A DNA stretch of 45,918 nucleotides from Chiloscyllium plagiosum (GCF_004010195.1 NC_057753.1:11580462-11626379); one strand, 5' to 3'; shown: positions 1 to 11,465, counted from the first letter of the stretch. Numbers and translations are program-made. Notes: generated by a model from the sequence alone, not told the origin.

Positions 1-420
1 GAACACTTTAACCCCAGGGCATCAATGTGGACTTCAACAGTTTCCTCATTTTCCCTTCCCCCACCTCACCCTAGTTCTAAACTTCCAGCTCAGCACTGTC
101 CCCATGACTTGTCCTACCTGCCTATCTCCTTTTCCACCTATCCACTCCACCCTCTCCTCCCTGACCTATCACCTTCATCCCCTCCCCCACTCACCTATTG
201 TACTCTATGCTATTCTCTCCCCACCCCCACCCTCCTCTAGCTTATCTCTCGACGCTTCTGGGCTATTCTCTCCCCACCCCCCCCCTCCTCCAGCTTATCT
301 CTCCATGCTCCAGGCTCTCTGCCTTTATTCCTGATGAAGGGCTTTTGCCCGAAACGTCGATTTCGAAGCTCCTTGGATGCTGCCTGAACTGCTGTGCTCT
401 TCCAGCACCACTAATCCAGA
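1..420 (+). mobile_element. Penelope-like element 3' fragment (end of GIY-YIG ORF plus family A terminal repeat)
   Basis: Start translates as TL*PQGINVDFNSF, like the PLE endonuclease C-terminus. It is followed by a pyrimidine-rich UTR and the terminal repeat seen again at 24044, 25783, 26772, 28449 and 39725. Confidence 0.75.
327..362 (+). ncRNA. Minimal hammerhead ribozyme motif (family A)
   Basis: CTGATGA (331-337), A, stem II GGGC-TTTT-GCCC, GAAAC, GTC (356-358). ACGT palindrome serves as stem III; stem I is weak. Confidence 0.7.
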
Positions 421-648
421 AGATGAACAGACGATCAAGGTATTTTTCAATGTATAATTTCAGTTACATCACACTGTAAAATTTTGCAATAAATTCTGTG
501 CCTTAGAATTGTGTCCTCCACTATCACCTGATGGAGGAGTGTCGCTCCGAAAGCTAGTGTGCTTCCAATCAAACCTGATGGACTATAACCTGGTGTTATG
601 TGATTTTTAACTTTGTACACCCCAGTCCAACACCAGCATCTCCAAATC
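421..648 (+). mobile_element. PLE terminal repeat family B with mutated hammerhead core
   Basis: cac-CTGATGG-A-GGAGT-gtc-GCTCC-GAAAGCTA-gtg at 525-559; reverse complement of the copy at 11474-11720. Confidence 0.65.
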
Positions 649-1342
649 ATCTGTGAGCACAACACTCTCTGTTCCCATTCTGGGATTAAACTGTTCATTT
701 GCAGGAACTGAAGGGAATGAAGGGAGTGAATCCAGGGAAGGGGCTGACTCAGGAAAGGTTGGTCTAGGTCTGGATCAAAGATATTGACATTCCCTGATCA
801 AAATGAATACATGCAGAAACGTGTGCTTCAACACAAAACAACTTTATTCACTTAATTTACTTTAGTTACATGCAAAGTAATGAGTGACTCTATTATCTTA
901 AAAGACTTTTCATACAGTCAACAAGTCTCACTGCCTTGGCTTCATATCGAGGTCTTCTGGGTGATGGCTAACACTTGGAAATCTATTTCCCTTCCCACGA
1001 TCTGGTCTCTCGAACCCCAGTCCAATGGTGAATGTCTCTCAAGCTGGGAAATACTATTCTGACGCTGATATTAAGTGCTGTACTGCAGTCTCTTGAGTAC
1101 CTTTCCCGTTCATTCCTTTGTGCACAAACAGGTGGGTGTGTCTCTGTGCCTTTGCACAACAGCCTGTTCCCAAGACCAGCCAAGGTCACTGCAGTTACCT
1201 TCCAGCCAGAACAGCCTGGATTTGCCCGAAGCCTTTTTTTCATTGCAATGCACAATTAACAATCTGGGTCGGAGGTATTTTGCCCCCTCAGTTGACACAT
1301 TGATACAAGGTTCGATCATATGTAATCCACGGAGCGCTAGCT

Positions 1343-2420
1343 AATGGGAGAGAAAATCGGCTTGACAGTAGGAGACAAAGGGTGGTGGTAGAGGATTGGT
1401 ATTCAGACTGGAGGCCTGTGACCAGTGGTGTGCTGCAAGGTTCAGTTCTGGATCTACTGTTATTCATCATTTACATAAACGCTTTGGAAGAGACTGCAGC
1501 AGGAATGGTTAACAGGTTTGCAGATGACACCAAAATTGCTGACATATTCCAAAGATCTGCAGGTTAGGTGAATTGGCCATGCTAAATTGCCCGTAGTACT
1601 AGGTGCATTAGTCAGGGATAAATATAGGGGAATGGGACTGGGTGGGTTGCTCATCAGAGGGTCGGTGTAGCCTTGTTGGGCCGAAGGGTCTGTTTCCACA
1701 CTGTAGGAAATCTAATCTAATCTAATCTAGTTTAAGGTAAAGAGGGCAATCTGAGAGTACAACAGGATCTTGATCAGCTGGGCCTGAGGAATGGCAGATG
1801 GAGTTTAATTAAAAGAAATGTAAGGTGTTGCATTTTGCTCAGACACACCAACACAGGATTTACACAGGTGGAGGGTGTTGTTAAACAGAGAGACTAGGGT
1901 TGCAGGTACAAAGTTCCTTGACAGTGGTGTTGCAGGTAGACAGGGTGGTGAAGAAGGCGTTTGGTACACTTCCTCTCATTGTTCAGAGAATCGGGACAGA
2001 ATGTTACGGCTGCACAACACATTGGTATGGCCACAGCGTTCAGTGAAGATTAACAAGGATGCTCCTGTGGCAGGAGGATTTGAGTTGTAAGGCTGGACAG
2101 ACTGAGTCATTCTACCCTGGAGAACCAAAGTCTGAGGGGTGACCTTGTAGAGGTTTCTAAAATCATGGCAGGGCAAAGGTAAGGTGAATTGCCAAGTTTC
2201 ATTCCCTCGGTTATGGGAGTCCAAAACTAGAGGCCGTAGATTTAAGGAGAAGGGGAAAGATTTAAAAGGGACCTGAGGGGCAGAGGATGGTGTGAATGGA
2301 ACGTGTTGGCAAAGGGATTGGTGAAGGAGGGTACAATTATAATACTTAAAACACATTTGGATATGTATGTGGATTGGAAAGTGTAAGAGGGATATGGGCC
2401 AAATGCTGGGAAATTGGACT
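1343..2420 (+). mobile_element. Decayed CR1-type LINE (RT to 3' end)
   Basis: [26 protein letters not shown]...RFADDTKI; interrupted by a SINE. Confidence 0.85.
1549..1728 (+). mobile_element. 5'-truncated HE1-like V-SINE
   Basis: SINE body plus GGGCCGAAGGGTCTGTTTCCACACTGT and (AATCT)n tail. Confidence 0.8.
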
Positions 2421-2985
2421 ACATCACTCTCCTCACCGTCTTTACTCATCTACTCAGCATCGGAAGGCTATTTCATCTTGTGGGGCAATTTAGAATGAGC
2501 GATCTTCAGGATAAGGGGTAGTAATTTCAAACAGGGATGTGGAGAAATTACTACCCACAAAGGGTCAGTAATCTGTGAAATTCATTCTCCCAGAGTGCTG
2601 TGGATGCCAGGACATGGAGTAAACTTAAGGAGGAGATAGACAGATGTTCAATCAGTTTAGGGTTGAAGGGGTACGGAGAGTAGGCAGGAAAGGGGAGTTG
2701 AAACCGATATGCGATCAGCCTCGATGGTATTAAATGGTGGAGCAGGCTCAATGGGCTGAATGGTGCTCCTCGATGTCATGGTCTAACTGGGTTGACCTTA
2801 GATCTACCTGCAGTGGTAGGCAACCTCTGTTTCCAAACCAGGATAAAATAAATATCGTCCATCAGCTTCTGTGGATCATTTCAAGAGGAAGTGTGCTATC
2901 CCAGTTTGAGACAGCACCAGCCCCACTGGAATAAAACAAAATACACTGACCCTCCCACTTCACCCATTGTCCGAACGAACACTGC

Positions 2986-4056
2986 TCAGCCCTGGATGTG
3001 ATTCTCAGCAGCAAGAACAGCAGAATCCAACTGCAGTCTTAACTGATGAACTCTCTGGTGACTCCGCAGCTTGTATGACTGAATAAATCCCCTCCCACAC
3101 ACAGAGCAGATGAATGGCTTCTCCCCGGTGTGAATTCGCTGATGTTTCAGCAGATTTGATGAATCCCTGAACGCTTTTCCGCAAACGGTGCAGGGGAATG
3201 GTCGCTCCCCGGTGTGGATGTGCTGGTGAGTCAACAGTCGGGTGGATCGAGTGAATCCCTTCCCACACTCAGAGCAGGTGAACTGCCTCTCCCCGGTGTG
3301 AAGTTGCTGGTGTACCCGAAGGCTACCAGAGTGAGCAAATTTCTTCCCGCACTGAGAGCAGGTGAATGGGCACTCCCTGGTATGGACCCGCTCATGTGAC
3401 AGCAGACTGGATAAGCGACTGAATCCCTTCTCACACCTGAAGCAGGTGAATGGCTTCTCCCTGGTGTGAACCCGCTTGTGTGCCATCAATGCAGAAGACT
3501 GAATGAATCCCTGCCCGCACTCCGAGCAAATGAACGGCCTCTCCCCGGTGTGAACTCGCCAGTGTCTCTTCAGGTCGGAGGAATGAGTGAATCCCTTCCC
3601 ACAGTCTGTGCAGGTGAACGGCCTCTCCCCGGTGTGGAAACGTCGGTGACTCTCCAGCCCAGATGGAAACCTGAACCGTTTCCCACAGTCCCCACACTGC
3701 CATGGCTTCTCCACGGTGCTGTTGTCCTTGTGTCCCTCCAGGTTGGATGATGAACTGGAGCCTGAAGTGCCCACACACACAGAACCCCCTGATGGTGTCT
3801 CCTGGAGGAATGTTATTGCAGCAACAACTTCCGCATTCAGACAATAGGGGTGCTCCGATTGGCTGGAGGTCCCGTGCGCTTCCGGTCCTCCAGAGCTGTC
3901 AATTGGATAGTCCGCATGCCTACCTGTCAAGAGCCAGCCAATAGGAGCCGCGGCTGTTCCGGACAAAGGGCCTCGCGCTGCCCCCGTGCTGAGGGAGCTG
4001 GAGGAGGGGAGGGCACTTTGCAACAAATCCCTTCCCTTCATTTTCCTCCAAGGCAT
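2986..4056 (-). CDS. C2H2 zinc-finger protein, 8 tandem fingers (ZNF1); start uncertain
   Basis: Eight CxxC-12-HxxxH fingers with TGERP-type linkers and no stops. First ATG is at 4056; the family's usual Met is GTG (STVEKPW). Confidence 0.8.
   Translation of the reverse strand: MPWRKMKGRDLLQSALPSSSSLSTGAARGPLSGTAAAPIGWLLTGRHADYPIDSSGGPEAHGTSSQSEHPYCLNAEVVAAITFLQETPSGGSVCVGTSGSSSSSNLEGHKDNSTVEKPWQCGDCGKRFRFPSGLESHRRFHTGERPFTCTDCGKGFTHSSDLKRHWRVHTGERPFICSECGQGFIQSSALMAHKRVHTREKPFTCFRCEKGFSRLSSLLSHERVHTRECPFTCSQCGKKFAHSGSLRVHQQLHTGERQFTCSECGKGFTRSTRLLTHQHIHTGERPFPCTVCGKAFRDSSNLLKHQRIHTGEKPFICSVCGRGFIQSYKLRSHQRVHQLRLQLDSAVLAAENHIQG
3822..3945 (-). promoter_or_regulatory. Putative ZNF promoter module (CCAAT / ETS / CCAAT)
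   Basis: ATTGG 3858, CTTCCGG 3879, ATTGG 3902, CCAAT 3938; homologous to 24721-24850. Confidence 0.6.
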
Positions 4057-4195
4057 GTGTTCACACAAAGCCCAGGGTTTCACTGTAACCTCACACTCAC
4101 TGAAACTTCCTCATCTGGCCCACCATAGAGATGTACAACACTGAAACAGACCCTTCAGATCAACTGGTCCATTCTGACCAGATATCCTCAATCTA

Positions 4196-4425
4196 GATTT
4201 GGAGGAGCCAGTGTTGGACTGGGGTGAACAAAGTTAAAAATCACACAACACCAGGTTATAGTCCATATCTGTGAGCACAACACTCTCTGTTCCCGTTCTG
4301 GGGTTAAACTGTTTACTTGCATAACACCAGGTTACAGTCCAAAGCTCGTACTTCCAAGTAAACCTGTTGGACGATAACCTGGAGTTGTGTGGTTTTTAAC
4401 TTTGTAGCACCAGCACCTCGATATA
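4196..4425. mobile_element. Two PLE family B terminal-repeat fragments around a ZNF intron-like piece
   Basis: GTGTTGGACTGGGGTGAACAAAGTTAAAAATCACACAACACCAGGTTATAGTCC, then an inverted fragment at 4323-4420. Confidence 0.6.
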
Positions 4426-4507
4426 ATGTTCATTTGCGGGAACTGGAGGGAAATGGAGTGAATCTAATAAAGGATAGTCTAAAGATCTTTTGTTACAGGA
4501 AGGTTTT

Positions 4508-4696
4508 AGATTAGATTACTTACAGTGTGGAAACAGGCCCTTNNNNNNNNNNNNNNNNNNNNNNNNNNNNNNNNNNNNNNNNNNACACGGGGAGAATGTG
4601 CAAACTCCACACAGTCAGTCACCTGAGGTGTGAATTGAACCCGGGTCTCAGGCGCTGTGAGGCAGCAGTGCTAACCACTGTGCCACCATGTCACCC
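4508..4696 (-). mobile_element. HE1-like V-SINE (contains N gap)
   Basis: tRNA-like head with A/B boxes and (AATCT)n tail on the minus strand. Confidence 0.8.
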
Positions 4697-5089
4697 ATAA
4701 GTTTTGACAATTGTTTTTGTAATTGATGAAAGTGCATGTTTTGTACCACCAAATACAACTTAATTAAGGTTCAACATTTATTTAATCAAGTTTGATTACG
4801 ATGTAGCTATTGATACCATGGTCATATATTTGGTTCATACAAGATATACTCATTCAGAAATGAATCATACAATCCCATGAAAGACAAGTTTTGGGAGTCA
4901 TGTCGTCATGAATGGTGAAATGAACTTGCATCTTTTCTTATTGTCAACAAACTCCGATATATTACGTTCAGTGTCACTAGTAAGGATTGAGTCTTAATTC
5001 TCTGCACCGACCTGGACTAAATCCAGACACACAGTCCACTGAATTTGTTTGTGATTAAACTGTGACCACCGCAGCCAAAGTTGCAAGTG

Positions 5090-6555
5090 ACTCAAAAATA
5101 GGTGGACAGGTAGGTCACAAGAGGGACAAAAACCGTCCAAAGAAGATATCTACAGGTTGACAAAGTCGGCAAAGAAGTTAGCAAAACGAGTCAATATGGA
5201 AACTGGAATGCTGTTCCAATTTTGGAAGGGGGAACAAAAGAACAGAACTTTTTGAAATGGAAAAAAATCCGCAAAAAGTTGCAAGACAAAAAGACTTTGA
5301 AATTCCAGTGCACCAAACACAGCTGGCACACAGGGGTAACACAGGCAAGTCATATCAACGCTGTTCAGGACATTTTTAGAATATTGTGTGCGATTCTGAT
5401 CTTCCTATCAGAAGAATATTGTGAAACTGGAAAGGGTTGAAAAAAGATTTACAAGGATGTTGCCAGGGTTGGAGGATTTGAGCTACAGGGAGAGGCTGAA
5501 TTGGCTGGGGGCTGTTTTCCCTGGAGCGTCGGAGGCTGAGGGGTGACCTCATAGAGGTTTATAAAATCATGAGGGGCATGGATAGGATAAATAGACAAGG
5601 TCTTTTGCCAGGGGCGGGGGAGTCCAGAACTAGAGGGGAATAGGTTTAGGGTGAGAGGGGAAAGAATTAAAAGAGACCTAAGGGACAACATTTTCATACA
5701 GAGGGTGGTACGGGTATGGAATGAGTTGATAGTGGTCCAGGCTGGTACAATTACAGCATTTTAAAGACATCTAGATAGGGACACGAATAGGAAGGGTTTA
5801 GAGGGATATAGGCCAAGTGCTAGCAAATGGGACTAGATTAGGTTAGGGATATCTGGTCGGCATGGACGAGTTGGACCGAAGGGTCTGTTTCCATGCTGTC
5901 CATCTTAATGACTCTATAACAGGTACCCAGGAAGGCGAATGGAATATTGGCCCTTATTTCAAGAGGGGGGGGGCGGGGGCGGGAGCTGGAACCTAACAGT
6001 AGGGAAGTCCTACTGCAACTCCCCAAGGTGCTGAGGAGATCACAACTGGAATATTGCGTGGGCCCGTTCCGGTTCCCCTCACTGAAGAAAAGGTATCATT
6101 TCATTGGAGGCAGTTCAGTGAAGGTTCACTCAGGTGATCCCTAGTGTGGAGGGGACTACGTTATGAACCAAGGTTAAACAGGTTGGGACCGCACTCACTG
6201 GCGCTTGGAGGAGAGAGGTGTGACCTTGCTGAAACCAATCAGATACTGAAGGGTCAGTCCTGAGAGGATGCTTCCCCTCCCCTCATGGGGGCACAGTCTC
6301 AGAACAAAAGGGGGCACTGATTTAAGATGAGGAGGAATATCTTTCCTCAGAGGGTCTTTGGAACTCCTTGCCGCAGAGAGCTGTGGGGGCAGAGTCCTTA
6401 TGAGCCATCTGAGGCTCAGAGTCTTGATCCGTCGGGGAGTCCCAGGGTTATGGGCAAAGTGGAGGCGAGGATTGTCAGTTCGACCGCGATCGTGTTGCCG
6501 AGCAGGAGTAGACCAAGAGGGGCCAAATGACCTCCTCGTGTTCCTGTTTCTTATG
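5090..6555 (+). mobile_element. Older CR1 fragment with a younger HER1-like 3' end nested at about 5420-5917
   Basis: KLERVEKRFTRMLPGLEDLSY-type coding and GGACCGAAGGGTCTGTTTCC tail; the flanks continue a more diverged CR1. Confidence 0.75.
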
Positions 6556-6919
6556 GTCTTCTTCCAAAAAAAACAAGAGAAATTCTCATCAACCTACGCG
6601 GAGTTGTGATAACCCTCCACTGGAGCAGGTGGGATGCGAGCCACGACTTCCCGATGCACAGTGAGGGAGGAACACTACCACAAGGGCCCATGTTCTTAAA
6701 CTAAGAGTGACCTTGGGCCCATGAATTGCAAATGATTCAGATGAGAGTGCAGCAAGCAATTAGCTGAGCTGCTATAAATAGTAAGATTCTGTAGAGACTA
6801 CTTACAGAAAGGAAAACAGGCCTCTTGCCCCAATGAGTCTACACTGAGTCTCCAGAAGAGCCTTCAACCCAGGCCCATATCCCCCTGCTCAAAGATTCCT
6901 CCACCACCTCCCCGCCCCC

Positions 6920-7324
6920 ATCTCTGTGACACTGCATTTCCCACGGCTAACACACCTAATCTCCCCGGTCACTATGCGGCCATTTAGCACAGCCAATCCA
7001 CTTTAACCTGCACATCCCTGGGCACTATGGGTAATTTAGCACGGCTAATCCACCCTAACTCTACATCCCTGGGCACTATGGGTAATTAGCATGGCCAGTC
7101 CACCCTAACCTGTACATCCCTGGGCACTATGGGTAATTTAGCATGGCCAGTCCACCCTAACCTACACATCTTTTGGAGGAAACTGGAACATCCGGAGGAA
7201 ATCCATGCAGAGACAGGGAGAGAACGTGTAAACTTCACACAGACAGCCGCCCTGAGGCTGGAATCAAACCCGGGTCCCTGGCGCCATGAGGCAGCAGTGC
7301 TCACCACTGAGCCACCATGCCGTC
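6920..7324 (-). mobile_element. V-SINE with about 4 internal 52-bp tandem units
   Basis: Head GGCATGGTGGCTCAGTGGTGAGCACTGCTGCC; repeated ACATCCCTGGGCACTATGGGTAATTTAGCA. Confidence 0.8.
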
Positions 7325-7361
7325 CTGGGACAGTAGCGATCACGGTCGGATCTGATGCTTG

Positions 7362-8159
7362 TCATGGCTTGTGGATTCGCTGGTGCCTCCGCAGGTTGGA
7401 GGACTGGGTGAAACCCTTCCCGCACCGGGAGCAGGTGAACGGCCTCTCCCCGGTGTGGACCCTCCGGTGCCTCAGCAGCTTGGATGAGTTGCCGAAGGCC
7501 TTCCCGCACAGTGAGCAGGAGAAGGGCCTCTCCCCGGTGTGGACCCGCCGGTGGGTCAGCAGGTTGGACAGCTGGTTGAAGGCCTTGCCGCACTCGGGGC
7601 AGGGGAATGGCCTCTCCCCGGTGTGGACCCGCTGGTGGGTCAGCAGGTTGGAGGAGTTGGCGAAGCCCTTGCTGCACTCGGGGCAGGCGAAAGGCCTCTC
7701 CCCGGTGTGCAGCCGCCGGTGGGCGCGCAGGACGGAGGGGTTGGCAAAGGCCTTGCCGCACTCGGGGCACGGGAAAGGCTTCAGCCCGGCGTGGGCCCGC
7801 TGGTGGGTGCGCAGGACAAAGGGGTTGGCAAAGGCCTTGCCGCACTGAGGGCAGGCGAACGGCCTCTCCCCGGTGTGGAGCCGCCGGTGGGCACGCAGGA
7901 CGGAGGAGTCAGTGAAGCCCATTCCGCACTCGGGGCAGGGGAATGGCTTCTGCCCAGTGTGGATCTGTTGGTGCCTGTGCAGGTGGGAGGACTGGGTGAA
8001 GCCCTTTCCGCAGTGCGGGCAGGCGAACGGCCTCTCCCCCGTGTGGACCCGCCGGTGAATCTCCAGCGCTGACGGCGACAGGAATCCCTTGCCACACTCC
8101 CCACACTTCCACCGTTTCTCCCCGGGGCGGGGGTCCCCGCGCCTCGCCAGGTTGGATCT
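7362..8159 (-). CDS. C2H2 zinc-finger open frame, 9 fingers (ZNF2); first in-frame ATG at 7922
   Basis: Stop-to-stop frame reads ...PGEKRWKCGECGKGF... through nine fingers to RIHKP*; in-frame TAG at 8160-8162. Confidence 0.75.
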   Translation of the reverse strand, partial: RSNLARRGDPRPGEKRWKCGECGKGFLSPSALEIHRRVHTGERPFACPHCGKGFTQSSHLHRHQQIHTGQKPFPCPECGMGFTDSSVLRAHRRLHTGERPFACPQCGKAFANPFVLRTHQRAHAGLKPFPCPECGKAFANPSVLRAHRRLHTGERPFACPECSKGFANSSNLLTHQRVHTGERPFPCPECGKAFNQLSNLLTHRRVHTGERPFSCSLCGKAFGNSSKLLRHRRVHTGERPFTCSRCGKGFTQSSNLRRHQRIHKP

Positions 8160-8417
8160 CTAAGCCGAACGCGCAACCGCGCGGACACGCTGTCCCACCG
8201 CGAGAGGCACTGCGCGTTCGCCGGGCTGGGAAACCCCCGGTTAAAGCCTTCTCTGCAGCCGGTTCACTCCCGATGGCTTTGGTGTGGTGCTCTTCCCCGG
8301 TCGCAGCACCCGTCTCGCATCATCTCTTCACGACTCAGGTCCAGGTATCGCAGCGACTCTGTGGCGCAAAGGTTCAGTTTGAGATTTCTGTCTGCAAATC
8401 CTCCCCTCGTACAGCCC

Positions 8418-8450
8418 CTGCAGTGAGGAGATTGCAAACGTCAGCACAGG
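8418..8450 (-). other. Putative splice acceptor of the ZNF2 exon
   Basis: Minus strand CTGACGTTTGCAATCTCCTCACTGCAG|GGGCTG; parallels the ZNF3 acceptor at 38665. Confidence 0.55.
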
Positions 8451-8516
8451 ATAGAAATTCAGAACACACTGTTCCCGCTTCTGCACATCATACTTTCCTC
8501 TGTCATCCCCAGACAG

Positions 8517-9283
8517 TTGTCATAGAGATGTACAGCACGGAAACAGACCCTTCGGCCCAACCCGTCCATGCCGACCCAGATATCCCAACCCAACCTAGTC
8601 CCACCTGCCAGCACCCGGCCCATATCCCTCCAAACCCTTCCTATTCATATACCCATCCAAATGCCTCTTAAATGTTACAATTGTACCAGCCTCCACCGCT
8701 TCCCTCTGGCAGCTCATTCCATACATACACTAGCCTCTGTGTGAAAAAGTTGCCCCTTAGGTCTCTTTTATACCTTTCCCCTCTCACCCTAAACCTATGC
8801 CTCTAGTTCTGGACTCCCCTCATCCCAGAGAAAAGACTTTGCCTATTTATCCAATCCATGCCCTTTGAGATTTTATAAACCTCTATAAGGTCACCCCTCA
8901 GCCTCCGATGCTCCAGGGAAAACAGCCCCAGTCTGTTCAACCTCTCCCTGTAGCTCAAATCCTCCAACCCTGGCAACATCCTAGTACATCTTTCAGGTTT
9001 CACAACATCTTTCCGATAGGAAGGAGACCAGAATTGCACACAATATTCCAACGGTGGCCTAACTAATGTCCTGTACAGCTGCAACAATGACCTCCCAACT
9101 CCTGGACTCAATACTCTGACCGATAAAGGAAAGCATACCAAATGCCTTCTTCACTATCCTATCTACCTGCGACTCCACTTTCAAGGAGCTACGAACCTGC
9201 ACTCCAAGGTCTCTTTGTTCAGCAACACTCCCTAGGACCTTACCATTAAGTGTATAAGTCCTGCTAAGATTTGCTTTCCCAAA
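8517..9283 (-). mobile_element. HER1-like CR1 LINE 3' portion
   Basis: LYRTLVRPPLEYCVQFWSPSYRKD...RRLRGDLIEVYK and (CTATGA) tail. Confidence 0.85.
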
Positions 9284-9842
9284 AGTGAGGACTGCAGATG
9301 CTGGAAATCCGAGGCTCTCCCAACTCCTGTACTCAATCTCCATCCTACACACTCTCCAGCCATCCTCACCTCACTGTCCGAATATCTGCCCTCTTCCCCA
9401 TTTTCCAGAAAGGGGCTGATCCTTAAAAAGCTGTAAATCTCGATCTCACACCCTGCGCCTTCATTCTCATTCTGCTCTACCTAACATCGCAGAATGATAC
9501 AAATGTTACGGCACAGGAGGTGATTTCACCGTACCAGCTTATTAAATAAACATCATCCCTTAGTGCCAAATTCCTGTTTTGTCCCCATACCACTGCGCGT
9601 TACTTTTTATGTAAATAACTATCCAATTCCCTCCCAAATGGCCCAATTGAACCTGCCTCCACCACACTTCCAGTCCGCAAAGTAAACTATTCACTGAGTG
9701 AGAAAGGTTTGCCTCTCTTCAACCTTGCTTCATTTGCATCTCATTTTATACACATAATCTCTCATTCGCATTCCTTTTACCAGCAGGAACAGTTTCTCCC
9801 AATCTAGGAGGTAGATTAGGTGGCTCAGTGGTTAGCCCTGCT

Positions 9843-10342
9843 NNNNNNNNNNNNNNNNNNNNNNNNNNNNNNNNNNNNNNNNNNNNNNNNNNNNNNNNNN
9901 NNNNNNNNNNNNNNNNNNNNNNNNNNNNNNNNNNNNNNNNNNNNNNNNNNNNNNNNNNNNNNNNNNNNNNNNNNNNNNNNNNNNNNNNNNNNNNNNNNNN
10001 NNNNNNNNNNNNNNNNNNNNNNNNNNNNNNNNNNNNNNNNNNNNNNNNNNNNNNNNNNNNNNNNNNNNNNNNNNNNNNNNNNNNNNNNNNNNNNNNNNNN
10101 NNNNNNNNNNNNNNNNNNNNNNNNNNNNNNNNNNNNNNNNNNNNNNNNNNNNNNNNNNNNNNNNNNNNNNNNNNNNNNNNNNNNNNNNNNNNNNNNNNNN
10201 NNNNNNNNNNNNNNNNNNNNNNNNNNNNNNNNNNNNNNNNNNNNNNNNNNNNNNNNNNNNNNNNNNNNNNNNNNNNNNNNNNNNNNNNNNNNNNNNNNNN
10301 NNNNNNNNNNNNNNNNNNNNNNNNNNNNNNNNNNNNNNNNNN
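9843..10342. other. Assembly gap (500 N)
   Basis: Run of N; smaller gaps at about 4543-4584 and 15868-15909. Confidence 0.99.
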
Positions 10343-10478
10343 AACCGAATTTTCAATTGCATATTCGCTCGGTCTCGGCTCACTGTGCGAAAGCCTCGAG
10401 CACACATCACAGAAAATCTGGTAGTTGTGGGTACAAATAGGAGCAGCAAGTTGGTGAGTGACTTTTTTTATTAAAATT

Positions 10479-10778
10479 ATTAGATTCCCCACAGTGTGGA
10501 AACAGGCCCTTCGGCCCAACAAGTCCACACCGACCCTCTGAAGAGCAACCCACCCAGACCCACTCCCCTGCATTTACCTGTGACTAATGCACCTATCACG
10601 ATGGGCAATTCACCTGACCTGCACATCTTTGGACTGTGGGAGGAAACCGGAGCACCCGGAGGAAACCCACGCAGACACGGGGAGAATGTGCAAACTCCAC
10701 ACAAACACTCGCCCGAGGCTGGAATTGAACCCGGGTCCTTGGCGGTGTGAGGCAGCAGTGCTAACCACCGAGCCGCCC
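10479..10778 (-). mobile_element. Full-length HE1-like V-SINE
   Basis: A/B-box head, V-domain GTCTGCGTGGGTTTCCTCCGGGTGCTCCGG, CR1-like tail. Confidence 0.85.
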
Positions 10779-10960
10779 ATTCTTTATCCATTAAGTTTGA
10801 AATTTTATTTTGTGTTGGATACTCATAGAATCCCTACAGCGTGGAAGCAGGCTGTTCAGACCGTATCGACACTCCCACCCAGACCCACCCCATCACCCAT
10901 TCCCTGTAACCCTGCATTTCCCCCACGGCTAACTCACTTTGCCTGCACATTCTTGGACAC

Positions 10961-11465
10961 TATAGGCATCAGATGCTCCCAACATGGTCTTCTCTACATT
11001 GGGAGGACCGAACGTAAACTTGGGGAACGGTTCGCCGAGCTTATCAGCCGGGGACAACCAGACCTCCCATTTTAATTTCCCATCCCACTCTCTTTCCGAC
11101 ATGACCATCCTTGGCTTCCTCTACTGCCACAAACCACATCACAAATTGGGGGAACAACACCTCATCTTCTGCCTGGGGCAGCCTACAGCCTGGAGGACTT
11201 AGCGTTGAGTTCTCCAATTTCAAATAGTCTCCCTTCCCAGCCCCAGCCCCCTCCCTTCCACTGCTCCCTGCCACCAACCGGATTCATTTCCCCCGTTGAC
11301 CAACCAGGTCATAGCCTCCTCCTGTCTTCACCTATCCCCACCCTGCCCTGCCCTGCCCCGCCCCTGTCACCCCATTTTTTCTGCAGCTCTCTCTACACCC
11401 ACCCCCAGTGCTGAAGAAGGTTACACCCAAAACGTTGACTTCTCCACCTCCTGATGCTGCCTGGT
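10961..11465 (+). mobile_element. PLE GIY-YIG endonuclease pseudogene fragment plus decayed terminal repeat
   Basis: IRCSQHGLLYIGRTERKLGERFAE...HFNFPSHSLSDMTILG...EQHLIF, frameshifted; hammerhead relic CTGAAGA at 11411. Confidence 0.85.

Noticed and set aside
780..1340. Possible solo LTR or ZNF1 3' end (minus-strand AATAAA at 842-847)
   Set aside because: No clear termini, TSD or second copy to support either call.
7129..8072. Plus-strand ORFs of 239 and 177 aa
   Set aside because: Antisense shadows of GC-rich zinc-finger repeats plus SINE sequence; the same applies at 3214-3750 and 37526-38562.
9746..10573. ORFs of 198-275 aa
   Set aside because: Artefacts of translating the N gap.
10700..10778. 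tRNA genes (A/B boxes here and in other copies)
   Set aside because: These are tRNA-derived SINE heads continuous with SINE bodies, not cloverleaf tRNAs.
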